DNA of 59,938 bases, from assembly GCA_964528735.1 (NCBI GenBank), contig CAZGUV010000004.1:5427-65364 (forward strand). Direction: 5' to 3'. A program made the translations under genes and the position numbers. The stretch comes from an uncultured Candidatus Saccharibacteria bacterium. Its GTDB lineage: Bacteria; Patescibacteriota; Minisyncoccia; Phycocordibacterales; UBA2100. Numbering within the stretch: the stretch's first letter is position 1; each line of letters starts with the position of its first letter. Of this stretch, positions 9,911 to 19,370 are shown piece by piece. Below the pieces are notes generated by a model that saw only the letters and a program-made list of their open reading frames with translations, was not told the DNA's origin and did no database searches.

Positions 9911-10723
9911 ATGTTAGAAAGTAACTCTATGGTCTTTATTGGAGGACTCATTCTCCTACTCCCTTCTCTTGTTGGAGGCGCATTTTGGATATTTGGGGTT
10001 CAAAATAAGCTTGAGCGATACACCCACCAACTCCTTGCTTTTGCGCTTGGTGTATATGTAGTTGTCTCATATTCAATGTTCAGTGAGGCGATGGAGCACG
10101 GCGAGATGTTTCTTATGGGTATAGTAATGATTGGAACGATGGTGTTACTAGAAGTATCTAACCGCTTCTTCCGTCCTCACCACCATCATCACGTAGATAC
10201 TGATCACGACCATTCAAAGAGCGACGCTGATTCAATTCTTGCTGCTGACGGTGTGCACAACGTGACTGACGGTATCGTTATTGTGCCCGCATTTGCAATC
10301 AACCCTGTTATCGGACTCGCTACTACTGCAAGTATTTTTTTCCACGAGCTTATTCTTGAATCCGCAAAATATATTATTCTCCGAGAAGCTGGATACACTC
10401 AAAAGCAGGCATTGATGCGAAGCTTTATCGCATCAACAACAGTCTTCATAGGTATTATCCTTGCGCTATTCTTAACAAGTGCAGAAGCGTTTGAACCGTT
10501 CTTTTTTGCAATTGCAACAGGTGCTGTCTTGTATGTTGTGGTCCGTGACCTATTTCCTGATGTATTCCTCCACAATAGGCAAGCGAGTGCTCTTATCACT
10601 TCAATTGTATCTGCATTTATTGGCGCATGCATACTTCTTGCAGTGCAGTGGGTCTTACCTCACGAACACACACATGAAGTTGAACTTCACATTGAGGGGC
10701 ACAGCGAAGATATAGACCACTAA
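9911..10723 (+). CDS. ZIP-family divalent metal (zinc) transporter
   Basis: 8 TM-like spans, a His-rich loop (HHHHHVDTDHDH), and HNVTDG / FFHEL..E motifs in the positions of ZIP metal-binding helices. Confidence 0.8.
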   Translation: MLESNSMVFIGGLILLLPSLVGGAFWIFGVQNKLERYTHQLLAFALGVYVVVSYSMFSEAMEHGEMFLMGIVMIGTMVLLEVSNRFFRPHHHHHVDTDHDHSKSDADSILAADGVHNVTDGIVIVPAFAINPVIGLATTASIFFHELILESAKYIILREAGYTQKQALMRSFIASTTVFIGIILALFLTSAEAFEPFFFAIATGAVLYVVVRDLFPDVFLHNRQASALITSIVSAFIGACILLAVQWVLPHEHTHEVELHIEGHSEDIDH

Positions 10724-11784
10724 GCAAGCATCTTTGCGATGGTAGCAATATCCTTTTTCGTGTGTTGAGGAAAGTTTCCTATCCGTACCTTTACGTCCTT
10801 GTCTTTGTGGTAGCCAGATGCGATAAGAATCCCCTTCTTTTTTATTGCCTCAATGATTTCCTTTGAGCCACTCGGGGTATGTGCAACAATTACTGTTTCA
10901 GAGCGCCATGCTTTGTTTTGTATTGATGGTTGTACACGTGTTGAATTTTCGAGTGCCTTGTAGAGTATCTTCGCCTTTTCTTTCTGCTCAGCACGTATTG
11001 TTGCAACACCTTTTTTGAGCATTGCTTTTATATCCTCATTCAATAGATGCATGAGGAGTACGTTGGGCGTCTCAAGTGTCTTATGTTCTCTCCCTTGCTT
11101 TACAAGCGATGGAAATGAATGAAAGAGCCCATTATACGTACCGTCCGCGAAAACCGCCTCGGAAAAAGAAACGGCTCGTGGTGAAAGAATCCCGACACCA
11201 AGCCCTGCGGGAAGCCCCATTCCTTTTTGTACCGAGAAGAATGTGCAGTCCATTCGCTCAACTGGAATATCAGCAGTCGGCGCAGAAGAAACAATATCGA
11301 TTGCAAAGAGCGCGTCTGGATATGCATCACAGAGCGCATTGATAAACGCTTTTGGCATCTGGCTACCGACACTTGTTTCTGAGTGTGTCAGAAACACCAG
11401 CTCAGGGCGTGCATCAGCAGGTATATCATCGAGGGAAAATGAGCCGTCTGCACGCGCATCGACACGCACAGCCTTTCTTCCTGCGGTTTTTGCAAAGATA
11501 TATGCTCGCTCAGCGAAGTTACCTGGCACAAGATGCAGTGTTTCTTTTGTAGACATGTTTTGTATCGCGCGCTCCATGAACTCAGTTGCTGATCCAAGAA
11601 AGACTGTGTCGAAATTCTTTGGGGCTTTGAAAAGTTTTTTGACATTCCCTGCAAGCTCACGATACATGTCAGTAAAATACGCGCTTCGATGAGAGATTTG
11701 GTGCACATCTTTTTTGAGCGCTTCCTTGAGGTGTTTTTCGAAGAGTTGGTGGTTTTGTGTTGGACCTACAGTGAAATATTTCAT
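10720..11784 (-). CDS. serC: Phosphoserine aminotransferase-like class V aminotransferase
   Basis: PLP-lysine context FFSVQKGMGLPAGLG, about 354 aa, directly downstream of serA. Confidence 0.7.
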   Translation of the reverse strand: MKYFTVGPTQNHQLFEKHLKEALKKDVHQISHRSAYFTDMYRELAGNVKKLFKAPKNFDTVFLGSATEFMERAIQNMSTKETLHLVPGNFAERAYIFAKTAGRKAVRVDARADGSFSLDDIPADARPELVFLTHSETSVGSQMPKAFINALCDAYPDALFAIDIVSSAPTADIPVERMDCTFFSVQKGMGLPAGLGVGILSPRAVSFSEAVFADGTYNGLFHSFPSLVKQGREHKTLETPNVLLMHLLNEDIKAMLKKGVATIRAEQKEKAKILYKALENSTRVQPSIQNKAWRSETVIVAHTPSGSKEIIEAIKKKGILIASGYHKDKDVKVRIGNFPQHTKKDIATIAKMLA

Positions 11785-11815
11785 GATATTTTTTGAGATA
11801 AGTAAGTGAAGTGGC

Positions 11816-13030
11816 TTAGAGAAGCCTTGCGGCGATAGTCCCGGGAATTTGCTTGAAGGATGCTAAGAGCTCCTGAGTCCCTTTACCTTCAAAATCGGTA
11901 ACCGCGTAGCCAATAGTATCGTTTGTCTTGAGTGACTGCCCGACAACGTTTATCTTTCGCTCTGCTAGTTCTTTGTTGATATGTGCAAGCATGCCTGGCA
12001 TGTTTTCATGAATGTGCACGATACGTGTCGAACGTGGAGTTCTCTGCATTTGAATATCTGGAAAGTTTACTGAAAGTGGTGTCACCCCATTGTCTCGATA
12101 CTCAATAAATCGTGTGCCCACATATTGTCCGATATTATATTGTGCCTCCTCGGTAGAGCCTCCCACATGAGGGGTAAGTAATACATTCGGCAGCCCCTGT
12201 AGAGGCGACTTGAATGTTTCGTCATTCCCCTTCGGCTCAGACGGAAATACATCGACAGCAGCGCCTGCGATGTGCCCACGACGAAGCACTGTCGCAAGTG
12301 CTTCTATATCGACAACATGTCCACGGCTTAGGTTTAGCAAGTAACTTCCCTTTCTCATAATCTTCAACGCGGTTGCATCGATAAGATTTTTGTTCTCAGC
12401 GCGACCATCAACATGCAGGGTCACAATATCAGCCCATTCAAGAAGCGCTTTTTGCGAACGCATGCGCTGCGCATTCCCAAGTGCAAGCTTTTCTGCAATA
12501 TCAAAAAAGGCAACACGCATTCCCAATGCTTCAGCAACCACCGAAAGCTGGGATCCGATATTTCCATACCCGACAATACCGAGTTTCTTCCCACGCATCT
12601 CAAAGCACCCATTTGCTGATTTATCCCATTCACCTCGATGCGCATCAATGCTCTTGTCTACTGTTTTTCGAAGTAACATGATTATTTCACCTATCACAAG
12701 CTCAACAACAGAGCGAGTGTTCGAATACGGAGCATTAAATACCGCAACACCTCGCTTCGTGCACGCTGGAAGATCAATCTGATTAGTACCAATACAAAAC
12801 GCTCCTATACATTCGAGTGAGTCCGCTGCGTCAATGACCGATTGCGTCACACGCGTCTTAGAACGAATACCGAGATACGAAACTCCTTTGATCGCGCGAA
12901 TGAGGTCTGGTTCGCTCATCGCCTTTTGGTGCGACTCGACATGGAATCCATGCTCAGTCAAAAGCGCTCGCGCGTCAGCGTGAATGTTTTCGAGAAGGAG
13001 GACGCGCTTTTTTGGTACGGCGTTTTTCAT
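11816..13030 (-). CDS. serA: D-3-phosphoglycerate dehydrogenase with a C-terminal ACT domain
   Basis: Collinear with E. coli SerA from memory: GIRSKT..., CIGTNQIDL, FNAPYSNTRSVVELVIGE, GKKLGIVGYGNIGSQL, LLTPHVGGSTEEAQ, VHIHENMPG, IPGTIAARLL. Confidence 0.92.
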   Translation of the reverse strand: MKNAVPKKRVLLLENIHADARALLTEHGFHVESHQKAMSEPDLIRAIKGVSYLGIRSKTRVTQSVIDAADSLECIGAFCIGTNQIDLPACTKRGVAVFNAPYSNTRSVVELVIGEIIMLLRKTVDKSIDAHRGEWDKSANGCFEMRGKKLGIVGYGNIGSQLSVVAEALGMRVAFFDIAEKLALGNAQRMRSQKALLEWADIVTLHVDGRAENKNLIDATALKIMRKGSYLLNLSRGHVVDIEALATVLRRGHIAGAAVDVFPSEPKGNDETFKSPLQGLPNVLLTPHVGGSTEEAQYNIGQYVGTRFIEYRDNGVTPLSVNFPDIQMQRTPRSTRIVHIHENMPGMLAHINKELAERKINVVGQSLKTNDTIGYAVTDFEGKGTQELLASFKQIPGTIAARLL

Positions 13031-13047
13031 GAAGTGAAATGGTACTC

Positions 13048-15423
13048 TTAATAATTCTTATTTTCAATCAACTGTTCGAGCAACTGAACTGGGAAAAGTG
13101 GTGGATGTTCTGCGAGCCCTTGATGATACAAAACGGTTGATGCAGTAAGCCCGGGGAGTGTATTGATTTCAATAACCATAATATCTCCCGTACGGACATG
13201 GAGAAATGCGTCGATGCGGGCATACCCAACGATGCCGACACCTCGCGCAATTGCAGTAACATGTTCGCGCGCGCGCCGCAGCGCACGTGCAGATACAAGA
13301 GATGATGGTGGAGGTGTGATATTTATCCCTGTACCACCTTGAAATTTTTCCTCGACTGACAAAACCTCACCTTCTGCAATAGTAATACTCGGATTAAGCG
13401 CCGAGACGCGACCCGCACTTCCGAGCACTCCTACAGTAACCTCTACCCACCCTGTACGTGACTGATGCTTTATCCGTGCATCAATAACACGAAGATGATC
13501 GCTCTCAACAAATGCTTCAAACAAGACTGCGTTCATCTGTGAAGATGGCATTTCGACGATATCCCTTTGGTTCGTAAAAGTTCCTTTTGGTACTGAGGTT
13601 ACTCCATTACGCATACAAGTGATATATGCTTGCAAATCATCTTTTGAAAATAGCCGAACGACTCCCGACGAACACCCGTCACCAATCGGCTTTGCAATAA
13701 TAGTTTTTGAAGTAAGTTCTTTGACAAGGTTGTTCCATACATCTGCGGCAGGATGAGAGAACAGCATTTCTCGCGCGCGGACTACACCCTCTGTCGTGGT
13801 GACTCCATCTATATGTAATGCATTTATACGTCGTGCAGTTTCATATTTATCCATACAAACACGTGATACTGCGCTCGATGAGCCATTGTATGGAATATTC
13901 CTTTTTTCGAGAAGTGCTTGAATAGTGCCATCTTCTCCGGGACCTCCATGAAGTGCAATAAACACAAATTGCGCAGAAGAAGCGAAATGAGCAAGTGACA
14001 TCGACTGTGGGAGTTCAGTACTTTCAGTAGCATCTCCTCGGAGGAGTGCGAGCCTCTCCTGTACGCGACGCTCAAGTCGGACAAGTCGAGCGTGATCTGA
14101 CTCAGCACGTGCACAATTTCCAAGTATCTCCTCAACAGTATGATTGAGTGAATATGCGTATGGCACCTTCCATACCGTATCGTTCCCATCGTAGACAAAT
14201 AAGGTTGGTGAATATGCGTGTGAGCGTCGAAGCTTGAGCCATACATTAGTACCACTCATGAGTGAAACTTGCCGCTCAGATGTCGACCCTCCGCACAAAA
14301 CTGACACTGGTTTCCTCTGGCGCGCCTTCTTCTCTACCTGTTCATCCACCCACTCAATGCCGTACCGTTTACATGACTGAGCTACGAGATACCGAAGCGT
14401 ATCTCGATGCGAAAATCCGACTCGTGACATTTGCTGAAAGAGAAAACTATTCTGCTCCATTCCTGACACAGGATTAAAATCTGAAAACCAAATATTTCCA
14501 TCGGGCATTACCCAACCATCAAACCGTGCGCAGTCCTTCATCCCGAGAAGTGCAAAGAGATGCTCAGCTTGGGTCTGAATTGTTTCCATTACTTCATTAC
14601 TGAATCGAGGAGGACAGTGGTATGTCACTTGTCTCGTTGGTAGATACTTTTTTCTAAAATCAAACACTTGGTGCTCGGCGTAGTCTGTTTCAATTTCTGT
14701 GGGCAAGATAGCCACTGGAAGGTTGCATCTGTTCTCTACGATGATCGTAGTAAACTCGACTCCTTCTGCAAATGGCTCAATTACGACGCGCGTGTCCATA
14801 CGTTTTGAAAAAAGATGTGCAACTCGCTCAAGTGCTTCGTGCTCATTCTGTACAGAGAAAACTCCAATGCTCGAACCGCCAGTTGCAGGCTTTACAATCG
14901 CTCGATGTATATTGTGAAGCTTGAAGAACGCACGGATTTTATGCGCATGATCACGTTTGTGTATTTGAAGTACCAGGGATGGCAATGTGAAAAATCCCCG
15001 AGCGCGAATAAACTCATTTGCGTTATGTTTGTCAAATGCCCGTTTGCACGCCTCTGAAGACGAGCCGACAAATGGTATGTGATGTTTTTCGAGAAGCGCT
15101 TGAATTTGCCCATCTTCTCCAAACGGACCATGCATCGCTGGAAACGCGATATCAACTTTTTTTAAAAGCTGTACGAGTTGGTGCGTGCTGAGTGCGCGAG
15201 CAGTGGTTTTTAGTTTAAAATCAAAATCAGACGGTGTATTTGAATACAGCTGCGATGGCGAGATATGGTATGCCTGTTTTTTCTGGTCAAAATAGATTGC
15301 GACGATTTCTGTGGTATCACTTGCAAGATGATCGAGTACTGAGCGAGCAGAATTGAGTGAAATGCCTCGCTCAAGCGAAGGACCACCACACAGCACAGCA
15401 ACTCGATTTTTTATTTTTTTCAC
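13048..15423 (-). CDS. ddl: Tandem fusion of two D-alanine--D-alanine ligase-like ATP-grasp modules (791 aa)
   Basis: Two copies of the Ddl N-terminal motif (VAVLCGGPSLERGISLNSA at aa 8; VSVLCGGSTSERQVSLMSG at aa 373). Each is followed by HGxxGEDGxIQALLE and an ATP-grasp core. GTG start. Confidence 0.8.
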   Translation of the reverse strand: MKKIKNRVAVLCGGPSLERGISLNSARSVLDHLASDTTEIVAIYFDQKKQAYHISPSQLYSNTPSDFDFKLKTTARALSTHQLVQLLKKVDIAFPAMHGPFGEDGQIQALLEKHHIPFVGSSSEACKRAFDKHNANEFIRARGFFTLPSLVLQIHKRDHAHKIRAFFKLHNIHRAIVKPATGGSSIGVFSVQNEHEALERVAHLFSKRMDTRVVIEPFAEGVEFTTIIVENRCNLPVAILPTEIETDYAEHQVFDFRKKYLPTRQVTYHCPPRFSNEVMETIQTQAEHLFALLGMKDCARFDGWVMPDGNIWFSDFNPVSGMEQNSFLFQQMSRVGFSHRDTLRYLVAQSCKRYGIEWVDEQVEKKARQRKPVSVLCGGSTSERQVSLMSGTNVWLKLRRSHAYSPTLFVYDGNDTVWKVPYAYSLNHTVEEILGNCARAESDHARLVRLERRVQERLALLRGDATESTELPQSMSLAHFASSAQFVFIALHGGPGEDGTIQALLEKRNIPYNGSSSAVSRVCMDKYETARRINALHIDGVTTTEGVVRAREMLFSHPAADVWNNLVKELTSKTIIAKPIGDGCSSGVVRLFSKDDLQAYITCMRNGVTSVPKGTFTNQRDIVEMPSSQMNAVLFEAFVESDHLRVIDARIKHQSRTGWVEVTVGVLGSAGRVSALNPSITIAEGEVLSVEEKFQGGTGINITPPPSSLVSARALRRAREHVTAIARGVGIVGYARIDAFLHVRTGDIMVIEINTLPGLTASTVLYHQGLAEHPPLFPVQLLEQLIENKNY

Positions 15424-15477
15424 AGAAAAAATATTTAAATATAGTAAGTATATAAGTCATTTTATTGCATATACACT

Positions 15478-15495
15478 CTCTAAGTGTACTTAGAG
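15478..15495. promoter_or_regulatory. Inverted repeat CTCTAAGT-GT-ACTTAGAG in the AT-rich region upstream of ddl-ddl
   Basis: 8-bp perfect arms with a 2-bp spacer. This is too tight for an RNA hairpin, so a DNA operator is more likely. Confidence 0.3.
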
Positions 15496-15524
15496 TTACA
15501 TTTTTTGCAAATTGTACTCGTGAA

Positions 15525-16199
15525 TTAGCGGATGTACTCGAGCACATCTTTGAACGTGTGCGCACATCGGTCAGCAAGTGCGCACACTTTTTCACGCCTC
15601 GAAAATTCTGTGTATGCAATAAATGTACCGACACCCCCCAGATGCTTTGCCTCGTAATCAGTCATTCCGTCCCCCACCATGACCGCAGGCTGAGGAAGTT
15701 GGAGTGAGAGTATCTGTTGTGCCTTCCCTCCTGTTTTGCAGGTCGGGCGTGTTGTATCTATACCAACGACAGCACCATGCTCATCAAAAACAAATTGATT
15801 CGCGAAGACGTGCTCTCTCGGGATCTTGAGAGCATCTGAGACTGGGTATATCAGGTCAGTAAAACCACCAGAGACAATAAAACATTTATCTGCCTGCATT
15901 TCGAAAAAGTCTCGATGTTCTGAAAATGATGGGGAGAGGTGCGTTAGCATCTTTGGCATTACCGCATCTACGTGTGTCCGGTTGAGTGACACAAGCTCCA
16001 TGCGACGCCTAAAGCTTTCCTCAAGCGCTATGTCACCTGCCATACCCAAATTGGTAATACTTTGAAACTCAGTGAGAATCTCGTCGCGTCGAGGATTATT
16101 CCGAAGTGCCTCTTCTGCCAAAAGCTCAAACGTCTCTGTATTGACGACGGTACTGTCAAAATCAAAAACGACTGCCTGAAATTGCATGGCAGACATCAT
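15525..16199 (-). CDS. serB: HAD-IB phosphoserine phosphatase-like hydrolase
   Basis: DFDSTV motif I, SGG motif II, GDGMTD motif IV. Lies in the same gene string as serA/serC. Confidence 0.7.
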   Translation of the reverse strand: MMSAMQFQAVVFDFDSTVVNTETFELLAEEALRNNPRRDEILTEFQSITNLGMAGDIALEESFRRRMELVSLNRTHVDAVMPKMLTHLSPSFSEHRDFFEMQADKCFIVSGGFTDLIYPVSDALKIPREHVFANQFVFDEHGAVVGIDTTRPTCKTGGKAQQILSLQLPQPAVMVGDGMTDYEAKHLGGVGTFIAYTEFSRREKVCALADRCAHTFKDVLEYIR

Positions 16200-16367
16200 A
16201 GCACTTTTTCCGTGCTACACTACGCACCATGTCTCATGAAGAACTGACTGTTGCACTCTTACCACTACACTTTGTATTACTCCTCATCATACTATTTACC
16301 AGCCCTGAGCATCTCTGGATTTCATTTGGACTCTTCATCGTTCATCTTGCGACAGGAATATTTATAT

Positions 16368-17945
16368 CTACGCGCGGATAATTGTTTGTTCAATATCTTG
16401 TCGCGTACCACCCACCTTTTTCTTCGGATTAAATATGTTCTCTGGATCAAACAGATTTTTTATTGCGACAAAAAGCCTGTAGGTACGTGGGCCATAGAAA
16501 TCAGGCACAAATGGCGTGTGGATGATGCCATCACTATGATCAGCTGACATGTGCCCTCCGAGATGCCCGACAAGCTCGAATGTTACTTCACAAAGCTCAA
16601 TGATTCGCCCAGGAGTCTTTGCATCAGCCATATCAAAGAGCGGAATAATGCGCAATGCGCCATCGCCGATATGCCCATGAAAACCATACGATATATTTCG
16701 CTCATCGAGTATATGCATGAGTGATGGGACAAGCTCATCAAACTTCTCAATCGGAACAATGATGTCTTCGATGCAGGGCACTGCGTGCATCGTTCCTTTC
16801 ACCCCATCTCGCAACACTCGAAAGCTTGAGCGCCGTATCTTCCAGTAATCATCTGCATGCACATCATCCTCGACAACATGCGCGGTGATTTTTTTTCGTG
16901 CAAGTTCTTCAAGACATTCATACGCAACTTTCTTTGTGTTGTCATGAGTGTCTTCAGAGAATTGAGCAAGAATCATCAAATGAGCACTGCCCATTACTTG
17001 CTTAATTGCTTGCGTTTCGTTAGGTAGAAATGGCTGCGCATATTCATACGTATTTTTGTCAAACGTCTCACATCCCTCGGGATGGTGCGCCATAACGGTC
17101 ATAAGGACCGTCGGAAGTTTTGTAAGGTCTGGGACTGGTACCGCGAGCAACATCTTGTGCTGAGGAAGGGAGACGAGCTTCAACACTGCACGAGTCACAA
17201 TACCCAGTGTCCCCTGCGCTCCTATAAACAGTGCAGCGAGATTGTAGGTCCCATTTTTTATATCATGCACTCGCTCAAGCCGGTACCCTGTCGAACATTT
17301 TGATACCGCTCTCTGTAGTGGGTCTAGACCAGCCTGTGCGCCAAATAGTATATGTCCAAGCTCGCGATACACTGAACCCTCAAAAGTATCTCGTGTCTGT
17401 CGCTCTTGAAACTCTGTATCCGAAACTGTACCAAATTCATATTCATTACCATCACGCAACACTACCCATACTTTTTCAACGTTATCGATTGTTGCGCCAA
17501 ACCGAACACTTTTCTCACCAGAAGCGTTGTTTCCAATCATTCCTCCGATGCCACACACGTCCTTTGAGGATGTGTACGGCGCAAACATCAAACCATGCGC
17601 TGCGGCAATTTTCTCGATATCTCGATAGTATGCACCCATGTCTACTTCTGCATGCTTTGTTTCAGGTTTGATGATGACCTGATGCATATATTTTTTCAAA
17701 TCAACCACAATGCCAGATGTGAGAGACCCACCACTCATGCATGTTCCTCCTGCACGCGGAGCAAGGACATAGTTGCCTGGAGCATTTTTAACAAGTGTGC
17801 CGAGCTCCTCTACGGTGCGAGGAAACACAATTGCCTGCGGACGCACCATAAAGACACTCGAGTCACGTGAGGCAGCAGTTAACTGTTCATTATCGAGCGT
17901 ATAGTCAAAGTTGTTTGCATCAAGAAACTGTAGGACCTGCATCAA
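16368..17945 (-). CDS. FAD-linked oxidase (GlcD/D-lactate dehydrogenase family)
   Basis: FAD_binding_4-type N-terminus (PRAGGTCMSGGSL, GGMIGNNASG) and a C-terminal FAD-oxidase domain. 525 aa. Confidence 0.8.
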   Translation of the reverse strand: MMQVLQFLDANNFDYTLDNEQLTAASRDSSVFMVRPQAIVFPRTVEELGTLVKNAPGNYVLAPRAGGTCMSGGSLTSGIVVDLKKYMHQVIIKPETKHAEVDMGAYYRDIEKIAAAHGLMFAPYTSSKDVCGIGGMIGNNASGEKSVRFGATIDNVEKVWVVLRDGNEYEFGTVSDTEFQERQTRDTFEGSVYRELGHILFGAQAGLDPLQRAVSKCSTGYRLERVHDIKNGTYNLAALFIGAQGTLGIVTRAVLKLVSLPQHKMLLAVPVPDLTKLPTVLMTVMAHHPEGCETFDKNTYEYAQPFLPNETQAIKQVMGSAHLMILAQFSEDTHDNTKKVAYECLEELARKKITAHVVEDDVHADDYWKIRRSSFRVLRDGVKGTMHAVPCIEDIIVPIEKFDELVPSLMHILDERNISYGFHGHIGDGALRIIPLFDMADAKTPGRIIELCEVTFELVGHLGGHMSADHSDGIIHTPFVPDFYGPRTYRLFVAIKNLFDPENIFNPKKKVGGTRQDIEQTIIRA

Positions 17946-18035
17946 AACATGCTACCACGAAGAAATGAGTATTTATGAGTCTTTTTCACAGATACAATAC
18001 TCGCAACACTGAGCAAAGTATGCAACTATTACCCT

Positions 18036-19370
18036 ATGAGTGACTCGACTGCACGCGTATTTATCCCTGCATTTCTTGTGATCCACCTTGTACTTGTGGT
18101 GTCTTTGTGGACTCTCCATTCTGGAGCTCAGCTCATGTACGGAGAGTACTCCCAACAATTTATTTCTCTAGCACTACTCTCAGGCCTTCTCTTACAGTGT
18201 GCACTCCTCATACAAGTTGTGCTTGTCGCTCGTATCGATTTTATTGAGCGCTACTTTGGTCACGACAAAATGAACAAAGTACACCGAACACTCGGCTACT
18301 GCCTGCTTGCAAGCATAGTGATTCACCCCCTCTTTCTGTACCTCGGATATGCCCACGAGGGTGGGTATCTGCACTTCGTTACTGCCTGGCCCCACTATGG
18401 TTATGCACTCGTCAGTATAGCGCTCATCATTGTAATTGGTGTGAGCTCGCTACGAGTAATCCGGAGCAGGCTTCCGTATGAGGCCTGGTATTGCATTCAT
18501 CTACTAACATATCCAGCGATTGCACTATTTTCAATCCACCAGATGAGCAACCCGGTGGTATCAGGTGGCATTGCAATGGTATATTGGCTGTTACTAAATG
18601 GAAGCGTCGCTTCACTCTTTCTGCTCTACCGCTGGGTATACCCACTCTACCTATCATCAAAGCATCAATTTGTAGTGGAACGATTGGTCCAAGAGGCCCC
18701 AGGTGTTACATCACTGTATGTGAGTGGAAAACACCTTGAAACATTCTCATACAAACCAGGTCAATATCTCTACATTCGATTTCATGATTCCGCGCATCGT
18801 CCATGGGCACAAAAATTCGCACTCATATTCCCTCACCCATTTTCAGTCTCGAAAGCGTACGATGGGAAATCAATTCGCTTTTCCATAAAATCACTCGGTG
18901 ATTTTACCCAAATAGTCCCGACACTCACCATAGGTAGTGCAGTTACTGTCACCGCACCGCTCGGGCGGTTTACTCAGGACGTTGCAGTAACCGACATGTT
19001 CTTGCTCATTGCCGGAGGTATAGGCATCACCCCCCTTCGAGCACTTGCTGAAAGTCTGAATACACAAAATAAGGATACTGTTCTTCTTTACAGCGCGCGC
19101 ACAAAAGCTGATTTAGCACTTGTGAACGAACTAAAAGCATTCGAGCATGTGCGACTAGTGTGCCTCGTCAGCGACGCAGCGCCAAGTGATGCGCCCCTCA
19201 TGCTCTCTGGTATGCTCAACACTGAGCGTCTAAAGGAACTCGTACCTGATTTATTGGATAGAGATGCGTATGTCTGTGGCCCACCTGCGATGATGGAGAA
19301 TATAGTACTAAGCCTCCGCGAACATGGTGTTCCTCGCGCACAAATACATTTTGAAAGATTTGGATACTAG
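18036..19370 (+). CDS. NOX/ferric-reductase-type flavocytochrome (6-TM bis-heme domain fused to an FAD/NAD(P)H dehydrogenase domain)
   Basis: His pairs spaced i/i+14 (HRTLGYCLLASIVIH) and i/i+13 (HLLTYPAIALFSIH), as in NOX. HPFSVS FAD motif, IAGGIGITP nucleotide motif, CGPPAM. Confidence 0.75.
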   Translation: MSDSTARVFIPAFLVIHLVLVVSLWTLHSGAQLMYGEYSQQFISLALLSGLLLQCALLIQVVLVARIDFIERYFGHDKMNKVHRTLGYCLLASIVIHPLFLYLGYAHEGGYLHFVTAWPHYGYALVSIALIIVIGVSSLRVIRSRLPYEAWYCIHLLTYPAIALFSIHQMSNPVVSGGIAMVYWLLLNGSVASLFLLYRWVYPLYLSSKHQFVVERLVQEAPGVTSLYVSGKHLETFSYKPGQYLYIRFHDSAHRPWAQKFALIFPHPFSVSKAYDGKSIRFSIKSLGDFTQIVPTLTIGSAVTVTAPLGRFTQDVAVTDMFLLIAGGIGITPLRALAESLNTQNKDTVLLYSARTKADLALVNELKAFEHVRLVCLVSDAAPSDAPLMLSGMLNTERLKELVPDLLDRDAYVCGPPAMMENIVLSLREHGVPRAQIHFERFGY

